Positions 12,630 through 25,560 of a DNA stretch of 64,000 nt are shown here, in pieces. Below the pieces are notes generated by a model. It did not search any database and was not told the DNA's origin. It saw only the letters and a program-made list of their open reading frames with translations. Position numbers and translations under genes: made by a program. This DNA comes from the human T2T-CHM13v2.0 reference genome, Homo sapiens. Positions within the stretch are counted from its first letter, which is position 1; each line of letters begins with the position of its first letter. Location: assembly GCF_009914755.1 (NCBI RefSeq), contig NC_060926.1; one strand, given 5' to 3'.

Positions 12630-13550
12630 GGACTTCAGAAATGATTTGCAGAGCCCACGTTATCTGTAATGTCAGCAGCTACCATATATTTTTCATTGAC
12701 GGATATCAATTCTCCCTTTTCCTAATTGATTCCAGTAACATAGATACCCTGAGTGCTGTATACAGCTCACTGATTGCTGGGCAAACATTATTGAAGTGTC
12801 AATATTTGCTCTTTTTCCTAGAGCATCATTGTCGAAAAGACTGCAATTCATTTGGGGACATGTCTCTTATATTTAATGCACAGAGAGTGCCGATACAAAC
12901 TAAATCTTCATTGTATTATTCTTTACCCTCGCTCTGGTCACAGGGATGGCTTCACTCACCAGCCATCGTGGCTGTCCTTAGGCAGCTCCAGATATCTCCC
13001 CCACTGGATGCTGCTACTGGCGACCGCTACACAGTATTATTGCCACCTCTTCTGATGAGCCCTGAAAAAGAGAATCTAGAGAGGCTTGGGCTCCTGCTGT
13101 CAAGATTCTTAATCCTTCTCTCCTGGACTACCTTAGATATGGCCGTTGGCTTTCCTGTCTGACCACGGGGTCCTCAGCATCTTGGGTTAATCTGAACCAA
13201 GTTTTGACCAAAAGTTCCATTGTCATGTGGCTACATTATTTCAAGGATAAACACATATAACAGACATTGGAACATACTCTTCCATTGTGGCAAAACAAGC
13301 TCACAGTTCCTTTTTAGGTTTGTTTATTTTTGCCTTAGAGAGAAGGGACTTTGCCTTGGCGGAGTCGGTGACCTAAGGCTAGGTCCCCATTACTCATATG
13401 GAGGTGATTTTTCCTACACTCATTTCCAGTTGCAAATAGAGCCATGTTCCAGTGCTTTCTGTCTTCTGGGAAAATTCCTGTAGCTAGCTTCCCTTGGAGC
13501 ATGTGCCCTGCTGCCTCATTAAATTAGTGTGTGCTATTCTAGCCCTGAGC
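12630..13550 (+). mobile_element. Probable degenerate ERVL/Gypsy-like pol (reverse transcriptase) relic
   Basis: Collinear decayed motifs by eye: SQGWLHSPAI (cf. LPQGYLHSPTI), QHLGLI (cf. KFLGV.W) and KQAHSSFLGLF (cf. KEAQ.FLGLFGFW). No intact YxDD; frameshifted. Confidence 0.45.
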
Positions 13551-14391
13551 AGACCTGTTTTCAGAGTTACTTTCCTCCCACTCCCACTGGGCGAGAATTC
13601 CAGACTTAGAATCAGAATAGACCAAATCACTGTTATATACATAGGGGTTTTGAAGACATTTTATGACCAGGGTCTTTGTTTCTGATGACCCCAGAAACAG
13701 AAGTGTTTTAATTTCTTGATATCTAAGTTGAAGACATTGATAAACTGCTTCATTCCTTCCAGCCATGTTAATGGCAATTGAGGAGCTTCTGAAAACGAGG
13801 AAAACCTGTGATGATCCTGAAACTATAATCTGATATGACGTGCTAGGCAGTGATATTTCTGATTAGTCATCACTAGGCCACCTAGACTTTCAGTTTACTT
13901 CTAATTGTGTTTCAGATAATGCTATTCCCAGTTAGGCAGATGATCATTGTAATTTCTGGTAATGAAATGGCAAGGGAGCCCATTCTGTACTGGGAAGAGA
14001 GCCAGAGCCCAGCACTTTATAAGAAACAAGTGTTACGGTCTAGGACAGAGAAATGAAGCCAAGGTGCTGTTGAACATTTACAGTATGTATCAGATTGACT
14101 CTATCTCTCTCATACTCAGGATTGATTTATTTTAAAAAGGACATTCCTCAGCTTGAAAGAAACTCTGCAGAAAGCAAAGACACCACATTTTTTCTCACCC
14201 CTTTGTACCGTTTAACATGCCAAAGAATCACTGTTGACCTTCCATGATGGCTAAGCCATTTTCTCTCACCATGGATAATAGTGGTTTGGTCCATAACTTA
14301 CACAACTGGCATCAATAAATAATAATGGAGCTTTTTGGTGAGTTATTAAAATGATTGTGGATAAGAACTCTCTAGATGAAAAAGGAGAATA

Positions 14392-14651
14392 GAAGGGAAG
14401 AAGAAGAAGGAGGAGGAGGAGGAGAAAGGAGCAGCAGCAGCAGAAGGAGAAGAAGGAAGAAGAAGAAGGAAGAAGAAGAAGAAGAAGAAGAAGAAGAAGA
14501 AGAAGAAGAAGAAGAAGAAGAAGAAGAAGAAGAAGGAGAAGGAGAAGGAGAAGGAGAAGGAGGAGGAGGAGGAGAAGAAGAAGAAGAAGAAGAAGAAAAA
14601 GAAGAAGAAGAAGAAGAAGAAGAAGAAGAAGAAGAAGAAGAAGAAGAAGAA
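14392..14651 (+). repeat. Compound (GAA)n/(GGA)n/(GGAGAA)n polypurine microsatellite
   Basis: About 22 uninterrupted GAA at 14469-14534, then GGAGAA and GGA units, then ~8 and ~17 GAA separated by AAA. Confidence 0.98.
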
Positions 14652-14859
14652 CCAGCAGCAGCTTCCCAAAAGGTATGGGATTGTCAGCACTTCTTTTCAT
14701 GTTTCTTATCATTTTACACTCAAGTACTTTTATAACAAAATAATCACCTGGCTTTGAACTTCTGGATCTTTACACCTTCCAGCTAAATGCTGAAACCCTG
14801 AATCTAAATGGCTCCTCTTGAATATATCAAGTAGTTCTTTATTCAATCTCATAGGCATG

Positions 14860-15345
14860 AAGAGTTCATTCTCCTTCAAGGTTGAAATCCATCTCTGTTG
14901 AGTCTGTACACATTGATGGCTCTGCAATTTGTTCCCTAGGCTTCTTTGTCAACAGGCTTCTGGCTAGGTTCAGTCAATGGGAGGCACCAAAGGGCAGGAG
15001 GAGGGGAGAACCCAGCGTAAGTTCTCTCTTTCTTCTTCAGGTCACAGTTCACAGTAGTGATTTTATCTTCTCTATGGTTTAAGCTGCCCTCCCGCAGCCT
15101 CTTTCTCTGAGGTTCCAGCTCCTACCAAGTAGTCCCTGATGTCTGGCTTCTGTAACATCACATTTTCCCTGCGATTCTTCAGTCCTAAGGGTGGCAGCAG
15201 TTTCCTGCTATTGTTAATCTATGAGTTGCTTCACCATTTCCTGTTTGGTTTCTCATCTCTTCTGTCGCCTGCATAATTAGGTCGTGTATTTAATTCCCTC
15301 TGTCTAAAATATTAGAGGAGTTACTGTGTTCCTCATTTGATTCTA
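14860..15345 (+). mobile_element. LTR33-like (ERVL class) LTR
   Basis: ggcttctggctaggttcagtcaatgggaggcac...cctaagggtggcagcagtttcctgctattgttaatc...ttaattccctctgtctaaaata. Confidence 0.6.
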
Positions 15346-15509
15346 TCACAGCCCATTCTGTTTGTTTTTGGGAATCTTCTTTGGACACCGTTACAGATGC
15401 AGATTAAGCCACCGTTCAGATTTCAGGTCATCTCACTAATAATTAAAATTAATAATAAGGGCAAAACAATAACAGTAGCACTTCTCCCTACTCAACCATA
15501 GCTTTTGAT

Positions 15510-15745
15510 GTCCTTACATACAGCCCATGTTATGCTAAGCATGTTACTCACATTAGCTTACCTAATGCTCTCAAAACATTCGAAGTAAGTATTATTATTA
15601 TCATGCTCATTTTACAGATAAGGAGACTGAGGCTGAGAGAGTTTAAGTAACTTGATCATGGTAAGACAGATAACAAGTGTCAAAACATTGTTTAGGAAGT
15701 ATGTTCATTTCATGCCCCTAGTTTTTAACCCACTGGTCATACTGG
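15510..15745 (-). mobile_element. MIR SINE
   Basis: cattttacagataaggagactgaggctgagagagtttaagtaacttg. Confidence 0.8.
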
Positions 15746-15960
15746 CTCTGAACATTTTGATAACAACCAACTTCATATTGTAAGGCACAGTAACTCCTGA
15801 GTGTGATCACCAAGGAGTTCAAGCAATGTGCCTTTCAATAGCGTTGTCCACTCTCTACCTTAACCTTCAGGGGTTACTTCCTCTGCTTAGAGGCATTAAA
15901 GTGGATATTTTCCATGTCTTAAGGATACAAGGGAAAAAAGAAATGTCCAGAGTTGAGGAC

Positions 15961-16270
<310 letters not shown>

Positions 16271-19200
16271 GAGAACAACTATTAATGTCTGACAGGGTGC
16301 TCGTGAGGGATGAGAAAACCGCCTTGTACCCAGGGAGGACAGGCTGGGCACCTGCGGATGCCTGCAGGCCTCTCATTCTGTGAGCTCCCTGCAGGCCTGG
16401 GATGCTGAGAATTGCAGCCTCTGGAGCAGGTGTGCTCAGGCTCTGATCTTTTCTTACCCAAGGGCTAAGAGATAAGCTGCAGAGAAAAATTAATAAGAGT
16501 GAAGGAAGGAACCGTCTTAAGAGGAGGAGGGGAGCCTTCCGCAAACAAAGGGAGATTGTCTAGATACGTGCTCCATCCTTTCTGCTGGTTTTTCCCCTCC
16601 TTTCTCTCTCCATTTTTCCCCTAAGCTTTGTTTTCAGACTGATTTTCCTACACATTCTTTTCTTAGCCTTTCTCCTTCCATGTCTAAATATGGGGTGGGG
16701 GAGGGTCAGAACCAAATTAGCTAAACATTTTACCTTTGGGACTGAGCGATAAAAATAACAGCCCAGTTTCAGCTCTCTGAATCATTTCAATAGTATTGGA
16801 AGCATGCAGAGGAGCTCTACAGGAGGCGGAGCTGGGAAGAGAGGGGTTAAGACTCTCGCCATGTATTAGAACTTGATTTATGGCATGGATCAAGTTCATG
16901 TTCCTCTCAGGATCTGGTTTTGAGCAAAAAAAATGACAGTTTTCCAAGTACGAAGTCCAAAATGGTCACGCAGTGTATTAACATGCCAACCTGGCCTCCA
17001 GGAGATAGGCATAAGCAAGAACCTGCAAGCCCACAGCTTGCTTTGAAGTGTGCAAAACATAGTTGGTCCTTCAGCCCAAGGGTGTCTTCAGAAATGAGAA
17101 CGGTCAACTTTCTATGATCCAGGGGCAGCTTCCCCAGTTTGTGGTTGATGAAAATCTTTTGATTTTCCCGTTTTCTTTTTCTAGCTACTTGCCTTCTATA
17201 CTCCTCCCAAAGAGGTGGCAATGGGAAGGAATTAAGAATACTAGCAGATTAGCCAATTCTTGCTTGCATCTAAACAACACTGATACTGTTTGTTTAGCTC
17301 CCTTTTTATTTTATTTTGAGTGCACAGAAAGCTATTTTCGAATTTCAAAAAAGCAGGAGATATAGTGAACCTTCCAATTAAATTCACGTTCAGATCTCTG
17401 TGTCTAACATGTTTTCAATTTGACTAGGTGAAGGGAAAAAAAGAAAGATATTCTCATTTACCTTCTTGCACAAACTGGTGAATAGTCCGTGTGTGTTAGC
17501 CCTTGAGGAGCCACATGCACGCAACATCTTTTCACACCCCAAACCAGCAAATGATGCAATGATTTAACACTGCAATCATAAGAGCTATTAAAAATGAAGT
17601 TTTTATGAAAAAGGGGTATTTTCATGTAACTACAATGATGGTGTGACACACAAAAAGCAAAACAAATGCAAATGTAAGTCCTGCAAAAGATAAGTACCTG
17701 CTAGTTTAATTATTATTAAAAAGAAAATGAGAAATAGCAGACTGAGAAAATGGAAGTCATGTAAGGATGGTCCGAAAGACAAAGGAAAGGGGAATAAATG
17801 ATGTCTTAACATTGAGATGTTCACCTCAGCAGCAATTATCACTGGCAAATTCTGCCCTGACAAGGGGAGACACGGGTTGATATAAAAGGGCTTTTTCATT
17901 TTTACTTCCTAGAGTTTGTGAATAACTGGCTTCCCAGGTGACAATTACTCTGCTTCCTCCAAACACAATTCCCTACCCCCTTTGACCTCTTGCAGCACAA
18001 ACACTTCAGAAATAAAAACCCCACTGGGCCCTCTGGTGCTCTTCTTTCTCTGAATTGCAAGTCTGGCCTTGATGGTCTGGATTTTGGAGGATGGAAATAG
18101 GAAGAGAAAGGCTGCATTTAAGAGAAAATCTCCTTTTCACAATTGGGTGGCTCTCCAATATCACCTGGAATTAAAATATATTTCCCTGCCACCCTGCTCT
18201 GTGAGACTGTCAGTCAAAGACCCAGACAAAGGATCACACGTTTTCTAAATCCACTTCCACCTGCTGGAGTACGTGATTGTCAACATTTGAATGTTCCAGA
18301 GGAAAGAAGGAGCTACTGATCGTCAGGAAGGTGCTAGCACGCTTGACTTTAGGATATCCATGGAGGCAACGTAGGGTATCATCATCTTCTTTCACTTAAA
18401 AATCTCTCCCCAAGGGTGCCAGAAATCTCACTACGATTTGTCTGTAGCATTGGGGTGAAGCAATGGGCCATATTTCTACTTTGTAACATCCTAAGAAGAT
18501 ATGTTCTCAGAAAGATGGGGCTAAACATTTCTCTTTTCCTAAAGAACTCTTTTTCCCTTTTTCCTCTTTTGAGATTCCTATATCATGGGGGTAGTTGTCA
18601 TAATCAGTGACAAATACTCTAGCATGAATTAGTTTGTTCAAATTACATTTCTACAAGCACACTTTTATAAAATAACAAACAAAAGTTAGTTTTTGAAGAC
18701 GCTAGAAATCTATTGGGGGAACGCTGGGCATAACTGCAAAGGTTACGAAAATTATAGGACAGTGCATTCATGACAAATGAATTATATAAATATAAAATTC
18801 TGCAGCAGTTTAGAGTAGGGGGAATCATGGAAAGCCTCTAGGAGGAGGCAGGACTTGAACTAGGAAAGATAAAATATAAGTGGAAAAATGTAGTAATCAT
18901 CCAACGTTTTGTTACAGTCACCATTGGAACACTTTTCTTTGAGGGGATGATATCATCTGCGCTAATACTTTTGAAAAGTTGATCTGGAAGGCACCAGACC
19001 TGTTCTGGCTCATGCTACCAGGCTATCTTCCCTGCGTTCTCACAGGTTCCCCAGCCCTCAGCCCTGCCATTTATTCTACAAAGAGCACTAGAGGGGTTTA
19101 AAACTCTAATTGGATCCTAATGTGACTCCTCATTGGTTTCAGGAGAAAATTTAAACCTACACACCTAGTTTACAAGCAAGGTCTAGCTTCAACTCTCCCC

Positions 19201-19347
19201 CTCCCCAACACTGAATTTCAGCCATGTTCTCTCTCCTCCTGGCTTTGAATGGTGATTCCTCCCTCCTTCCCACCACCAACCTAGTTAGCTTGCGTGCATC
19301 TTTCCATCTTCATGCTACAGATCATTTCTTCCAGAAACCTAATCTGA

Positions 19348-19728
<381 letters not shown>

Positions 19729-19999
19729 TGAGTCACAGTCTCTGCTCTTGGTGGAGTTCCCATTCTGGTGGGACAAGACACAGAATCATTAAATAAACAT
19801 AAATATATATGATAATTTCAGATGATGTTAAGGACTGTAATAAAAATAAAACAGAATGGCAGGCCAGGGAACAATGAACAGTGAAGGGGATGTGTCCTGC
19901 TTACATGAAAAAATAGGGAGTTTGGGGCCTTCCCACATGTTCCTCTTGTACCCTGCACTTCCCCATTAGCGGTAATAACAACTTAATGTGATAACAGCC

Positions 20000-20153
20000 T
20001 TTTTTTTTTTTTTTTTTTGAGACAGAGTCTCTCTCTGTCACCCAGGCTGGAGGGCAGTGGCATCATCTCATAGGTTCAAGTGATTCTCCTGCCTCAGCCT
20101 CCTGAGTAGCTGGGACCATAGGTGCGTGCCTGCATGCCCAGCTAATTTTTTTG
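20000..20153 (-). mobile_element. 5'-truncated Alu (right monomer, internal deletion)
   Basis: Poly-T then gagacagagtct...gctaattttt, flanked by ta(a/g)cagcc. Confidence 0.85.
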
Positions 20154-20544
20154 TAGCAGCCATTTTTTTAACTGATTTTCTGTGCAAGATTAAAAATGCA
20201 GGGTCAAGGTCTATCCATTTCTTTATTTGCCTCTAGTTGTTAACATGCTGCCCAGAATATAGTGCTTGATAAGTATTGGTGGAATGAATGAGAGATTAGA
20301 AGGGAGAAAGACTTGGAATTTAAAGGCCATTATAGTTGTCCAGTTAGAGCTCATGAGGGCCTGGGCTAAGATGGCGTGACATTCAGGATAGAAAACAGAG
20401 GCTGGATGTGATGAGTGGTATTGTAGAGGAAATAACAACAGGAGCTGGTGACTAACTGGAAAAGGGAAGGAGATCAGGAGGAGTAAAGGACACCACCTTT
20501 TAGTCTTTGGACACAGGTTACAGGGAGAATGAGAGACAGCTAAC

Positions 20545-20875
20545 TACTCATTAAAACCCATCTTCTCTGGGACACACAGTCAGATATTACCCAGCCTCCT
20601 TGGCAATTACACCATGTGACCAAGTTCTAGCCAATGAAATGTGAACAAAATGATGTGCGCCACTCCCAGGCCTGGCCTGTGTAAATCTCCACACAGGATT
20701 CTCAGTGCCTTTTCTCCTCTTGCCATCTGGATGTCAATGCTTGGGACTTCCTCAGAAGCCATGCACTGAAGATGACAGAAGCTCCCCTCACCCTGATCCC
20801 TGAATGGCAGTGAGAGCAGAGCCCACCCTCCCCTCATCCCTGCCCCCTGGAATTACCTTGAGCTATTTCTAGATC
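20545..20875 (+). mobile_element. MLT1J-like LTR within L2 relic
   Basis: cccagcctccttggca...ccatgtgaccaagttctagccaatgaaatgtgaaca. Flanks (20200-20520, 20900-21700) are L2-like. Confidence 0.6.
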
Positions 20876-22837
20876 AAGAGATGTCTATAGATCAAGAAAT
20901 GAATGGAAATAGGAAATTTAGGAGAAAAAGATGGTTCGGGTTTGGGCAAACCCAAACCACCCTAAAACGAAATCGAGAACACTGATCAATTTAGTTTTAG
21001 GAAGTAGAATGTGAAGTTTCAAAAATATTCAGTTGAAGATGTCTCAAAGGAAGGTGGAAAAGCTAGTTCAGAGTTTAGAACCAGGCTGGGGACATGATGA
21101 ATAGAGATGAGGTCATTTGTTTAAAATGGGAGGAAGTGAGGTTAACAAGAGGGAGCGGATAGAGGGAACACATGGGCATAATCTCTAAAAATCACTATAT
21201 TCAAAGATCAGGAAGAGCAGATGCCACAAGGGACAGAGGAGTGGTCTGAGGAAACCAAAATGGTGGACACTGAAGAACCAGAAACTGGCGTCCCAAATCC
21301 TGGGGCAAGGCCCAGGAGGAAGGGGGCTTGGGTATGGTCAGGGAATATGACACTGCTGGGGCCGGAAGTGGCCTCAGGGCCAGCGGTGGCATCAGAGCAC
21401 AGTGGAAATAGAAACCAAATTGTACACTGGTGGCTTGACCCGTATGTGGAAGCCATCATATTGCAGTAGATCATTAAAAGCTACGTCTTGATTACCTAGG
21501 GGAAGTCGCAGAGTAAAGAAAAGGCTGTTCTCACCTTGAGGCTGGAGGGTCTTGAGGGTCTTCATTCTACTGAATGAAGCTGTAAGATGGAGAAGGAATA
21601 AGGAATGTGAAAGTCTCTGGCAGAGAATTTGGGAAGTAATAGTATGAAAGGCCTGAGTTAGGGATACATCTCTGTCAACAGAGGGACCCTTTCGTAGAAG
21701 GTTCTCCTTCATTGAAGGAGAACATAACTGCTTTGACTCCAATAAGGGTAGAGAAAGTGGGAAGGGGTTAAGGTGCCTGGCCTAGGAGCAGATGGCAAAA
21801 ACCTGGCCCATGAGGACCAGATTCTCCCTGCAGGCTGCATGCTTGCAAGATCTCCCCTCACCCTTTTGTTCTAAGTTTATTTTGAAGCACCTGTTCGCTT
21901 TTATCTAGAGTCTTACCTCTCCAGTTTTATGTACTTCTGGTCACCAAATCTTAAGACTATGTTCAGTGTCACTGACTTGGGGCCTGAATGGTGCTTCGGT
22001 ACCCTAAAAAGAGATGATATATAATTATGGGAAAGTCAATATACTGTCTGAAAGAGTAGAAAAGAAAAACCTGTTTTACACTTGTAACATAATTACTACA
22101 GAGCCTGTTCTGGAAAACAGACTGCATCTCTTGAATTGTAAACTCTCAAGGACGTGGACCCCTGGGATAGAAAGGAAAATCTATTTTCTTCCCCTAACAT
22201 AGAGCCTTAAACATAGTAAGACCTCAGCAAATGTTAGCAGCACTTATTAATATTATTATTAACAATTCTCCCCTGGGGATTATGTAGTCAGCCCAGAAAC
22301 GTTATTGCAAACATTAGAGCAAAGGGTCTTTGATCATTTACACTGAAGTCCAGAACTTCCATGGCAGGGATACCTGGGAGGGGGATGTGAAGAGGAGGCA
22401 GGATGACCATGGGGCCTCGGCTTTCCATTAATAAAGAGGGTAAAATTTATACTTTAATTATTTCACCAAATGAGATGGTATCTTCAGTCTCAGAGATACC
22501 CTGACAGGACTGAAAGAAGCCATTCATCACACAACCTTAAACTTGTGTTCCATTTTTGGATCACACTGCCTATGGTTTCCTAAGCATTAATATTGTTCAT
22601 AAATCTTTTAATTATCTTGTGAGATTAAACTGTATTGTAATCTTATATTCAGTGTTACTAGGTTAAATATAAACACAGGTTATGGGATTCAAAATGTGCT
22701 TACCTATTTAAATGATTTTTTAAGCCCCATTTTGACTTTTCTTCATTTTTCAATTACGTGAAAGTCCTAATACATCAGAAATGAGGTTGCCTGCCCTCTC
22801 TTGACAGATGAGAGTTCTGGCTAGAGATTAGCTAGTT

Positions 22838-23010
22838 TAGTGATTCTTAACCAAAGGAACATGTCTGATTCATCGGTGGAATTTCTGGAAAAACAATGCC
22901 CTGCCCACCCCAAGATTCTGATTCAAGAGATCTGGAGTGTAGCTAGGACCTGCATCTATTCTGAAACATCCTTGGATTTTCTGGTCCACAGTTCTGATGA
23001 AGATCCACTG
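22838..23010. mobile_element. MER5-type hAT-Charlie MITE
   Basis: agtgattcttaacc...cccaccccaagattctgattcaa...tgcatc...ccactg termini. Confidence 0.65.
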
Positions 23011-24519
23011 ACACGGTCCAGTTGTCTCTCCAGCCTCCCCACCTGGGGCTCCACCCACAGGTTCACAGTCGGCATGTAATTTACAAACATATGCCCTGAC
23101 TTGAAGGGCCTGGGGCAGGTGCATTTGCACTCTCTTAATATCAGCAAGTGAATCATTTATTTCTTGCCATCCTTATTAAATCAGAGCCCTGAAGCAAGAC
23201 CACGATGTTGTGCCTCCTAAAAACCATGTGCATCTGGCTTCGGAAAAAATTAAAGAAAAAAAAAAGAGCCAACGTTCTCTCACCCACCCCCTTTCTCCCC
23301 ATGCTCCCTCTCCCCCTCTTGAAATTTGGTGTGGGAGGCACATGTCCCAAAACTTAAATTGCTGATTAACCGGGAAGCTTGCTTTATGGATGGGACTTTA
23401 GTTCCTATGCCACTGGGCATAGAAATGTGATCGATGAATTAGCACTTTCTTAGCATAGCAGCCCCTCAGTTGTGCACTCTCTGTATCCTAGGACTGTGGG
23501 TCTTGCCCTAGGGGCACTCTTCCCAAAAAGGATCTGGAGTCAAATGGTCCTGCTCCTCCCCTCCAGGACACAGAGGACACTGGTACAGCTGTGCCTCTGG
23601 TGCTCCAGGAAAAGACTGAGCATTTGTTGACATGCCGCAGACTCCTGCGGGACGGTACAGGACACAGATGCTGCTTATAAAGGGATTGACCATGTGTCAT
23701 CTTTGTGCTTCCAGAGGGTCACGGCACATTAGCACTGGGCTTGGTGCCTCTCAGAGGGTAGGGCATTCTAACTCCAGATTTCATTCAAATTCTGGACTTC
23801 ATGTCTGCGCATTTGACGCTAAATAATATCCTGTCTTATGAAATTGATGAACTTGTCTTCCATTGTTCTATAACTTTATATATGAGTGTATCTCATCTCC
23901 CCCATTGGACTGTAGGTTCCCAGGACAGAATTGTTAAGCTGCCCATCTTTGTGTTTCTACAACCTAGTACACAGTGTGGGTTCAGGGATTTCAGATAAAA
24001 TAAACAAGATTTCAGGAAAGTAGCCTAAAACCTAACTTCTAGTTCCTGGTGCTATTAAGTCACATCCAAATATTCATGATCTTTGTTTAGGCTTTCTTGC
24101 TAACTGTCAGAAAGATAATGAGTAATAATGTAGATCATCACATACACCCCTGTTGTTAAAGGTAGCTCTGTACAAGTAAACAGATCTGGGCTTTGTCGAT
24201 TATTAGGGAATCATCTACAGACATCATCATGTCAAATTCCTGAAGTCTCTTGAATATAAGAAATGCCAAGACAAAAGACAAGAATAATATTGAGTGACAA
24301 ATGAGGTGTATAGCTTTGGACTTTTCTTATTTGAGGTCCAGGTTAGGCATAAGTGGGTATTAATAGTATGACAATTGCTGAGAGCCTGAGGAACTATGTA
24401 CTCTGATACAAAACTGGTCGGAATGCAAACCAGTATCATCTGGTGTAAACAAGATTTACATACTTATTTAATTCATCGACTCTTTTACATTTTTTAGCAA
24501 AGGAAAGTTATAATTCATT

Positions 24520-24843
24520 GTAATTTTTTCAACTTTTAAGTTCAGAGGTACATGTGCCAGTTTGTCATATAGGTGAACTCATGTCATGGGGCTGTCCTTT
24601 GCAGGCACATGGATGGAGCTGGAGGCTGTTATCCTTAGCAAACTAACTAAGGAACAGAAAAGCAAATACCGCAGGCTCTCACTTATAAGTGGGAGCTAAA
24701 TGATGAGAACACATGGACACATAGCGGGGAACAACACACACTGGGACCTATTAGAGGGTGGAGGGTGGGAAGAGGGAGAGGATCAGGAAAAATAACTCAT
24801 GGGTACTAGGCTTAATTCCTGGGTGATGAAATAATCTGTACAA
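24520..24843. mobile_element. L1PA/PB 3' fragment with internal inversion
   Basis: The terminal ~70 bp is in minus orientation (24520-24591), joined to the upstream 3'UTR portion in plus orientation (24592-24843). Confidence 0.85.
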
Positions 24844-24859
24844 TTCTTTTAATTAATTA

Positions 24860-25560
24860 ATTAATTTTAAATGGACAAAATTTGTATATATCTATCTTGT
24901 ACAACATGTTGTTTTGAAATGTGTATACATTGTAGAATGGCTACAGTGAGCGAATTAACATGCAATCTATCAATTCTACTTCTAGGAATTCAGACTGAGG
25001 AAGTTAACCTAACAAGTGTGCAAAGATATACATTAAGGAAATTCATGAAAATATTGGAAACAACACTAATGTGCAATCCTGGGGAATTGTTAAGTAATTT
25101 ACGATATGGCCATACAATGCAATATTATGCAGCTGTCAAAAAGGTGAAGGTAGGTTTTTAATACTGTCTTTCATCATTTATAAGATGCTTTTTTATTCTT
25201 TTAGCATCTCTGAAATAAGGATGTGTCTTATAGTCAAAGGAATCTGCCACTTATAATCAGCAGCAATTTTTTTCCTTCTTAATGGGCACATAATCTTACA
25301 ATTACATGTATTTTTGATTCAATGAAGTATGGCGTATTGATGTGAAATATGGCCACTGCACATGAAGTTAAAAAAGAATCCTATACAACAGTCCATAGAT
25401 AATATCACATTTATGTTAGTATATATGTTGATTTCTGGAAACAGATGCATCAAATTTTTGATTGTGATTGTCTCTGGGTAGGGTTATAAGAGCTCTAACT
25501 TTTTCTGTATTTTTTTTCTAAACAATTTACAACACTCATGTATTATCAGCTAAAATAAAG
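24860..25560. mobile_element. Nested old L1 fragments (L1MA 3' tip on minus, L1ME on plus) with a small TcMar-like MITE at ~25163-25333
   Basis: acaacatgttgttttgaaatgtgtatacattg (L1MA), caattctacttctaggaatt and tattatgcagctgtcaaaaa (L1ME), and tactgtctttcatc...aatgaagtatgg inverted termini. Confidence 0.55.

Noticed and set aside
14266-14735. Poly-Leu, poly-Phe and poly-Glu ORFs
   Set aside because: Translations of the GAA microsatellite; no splice or coding context.
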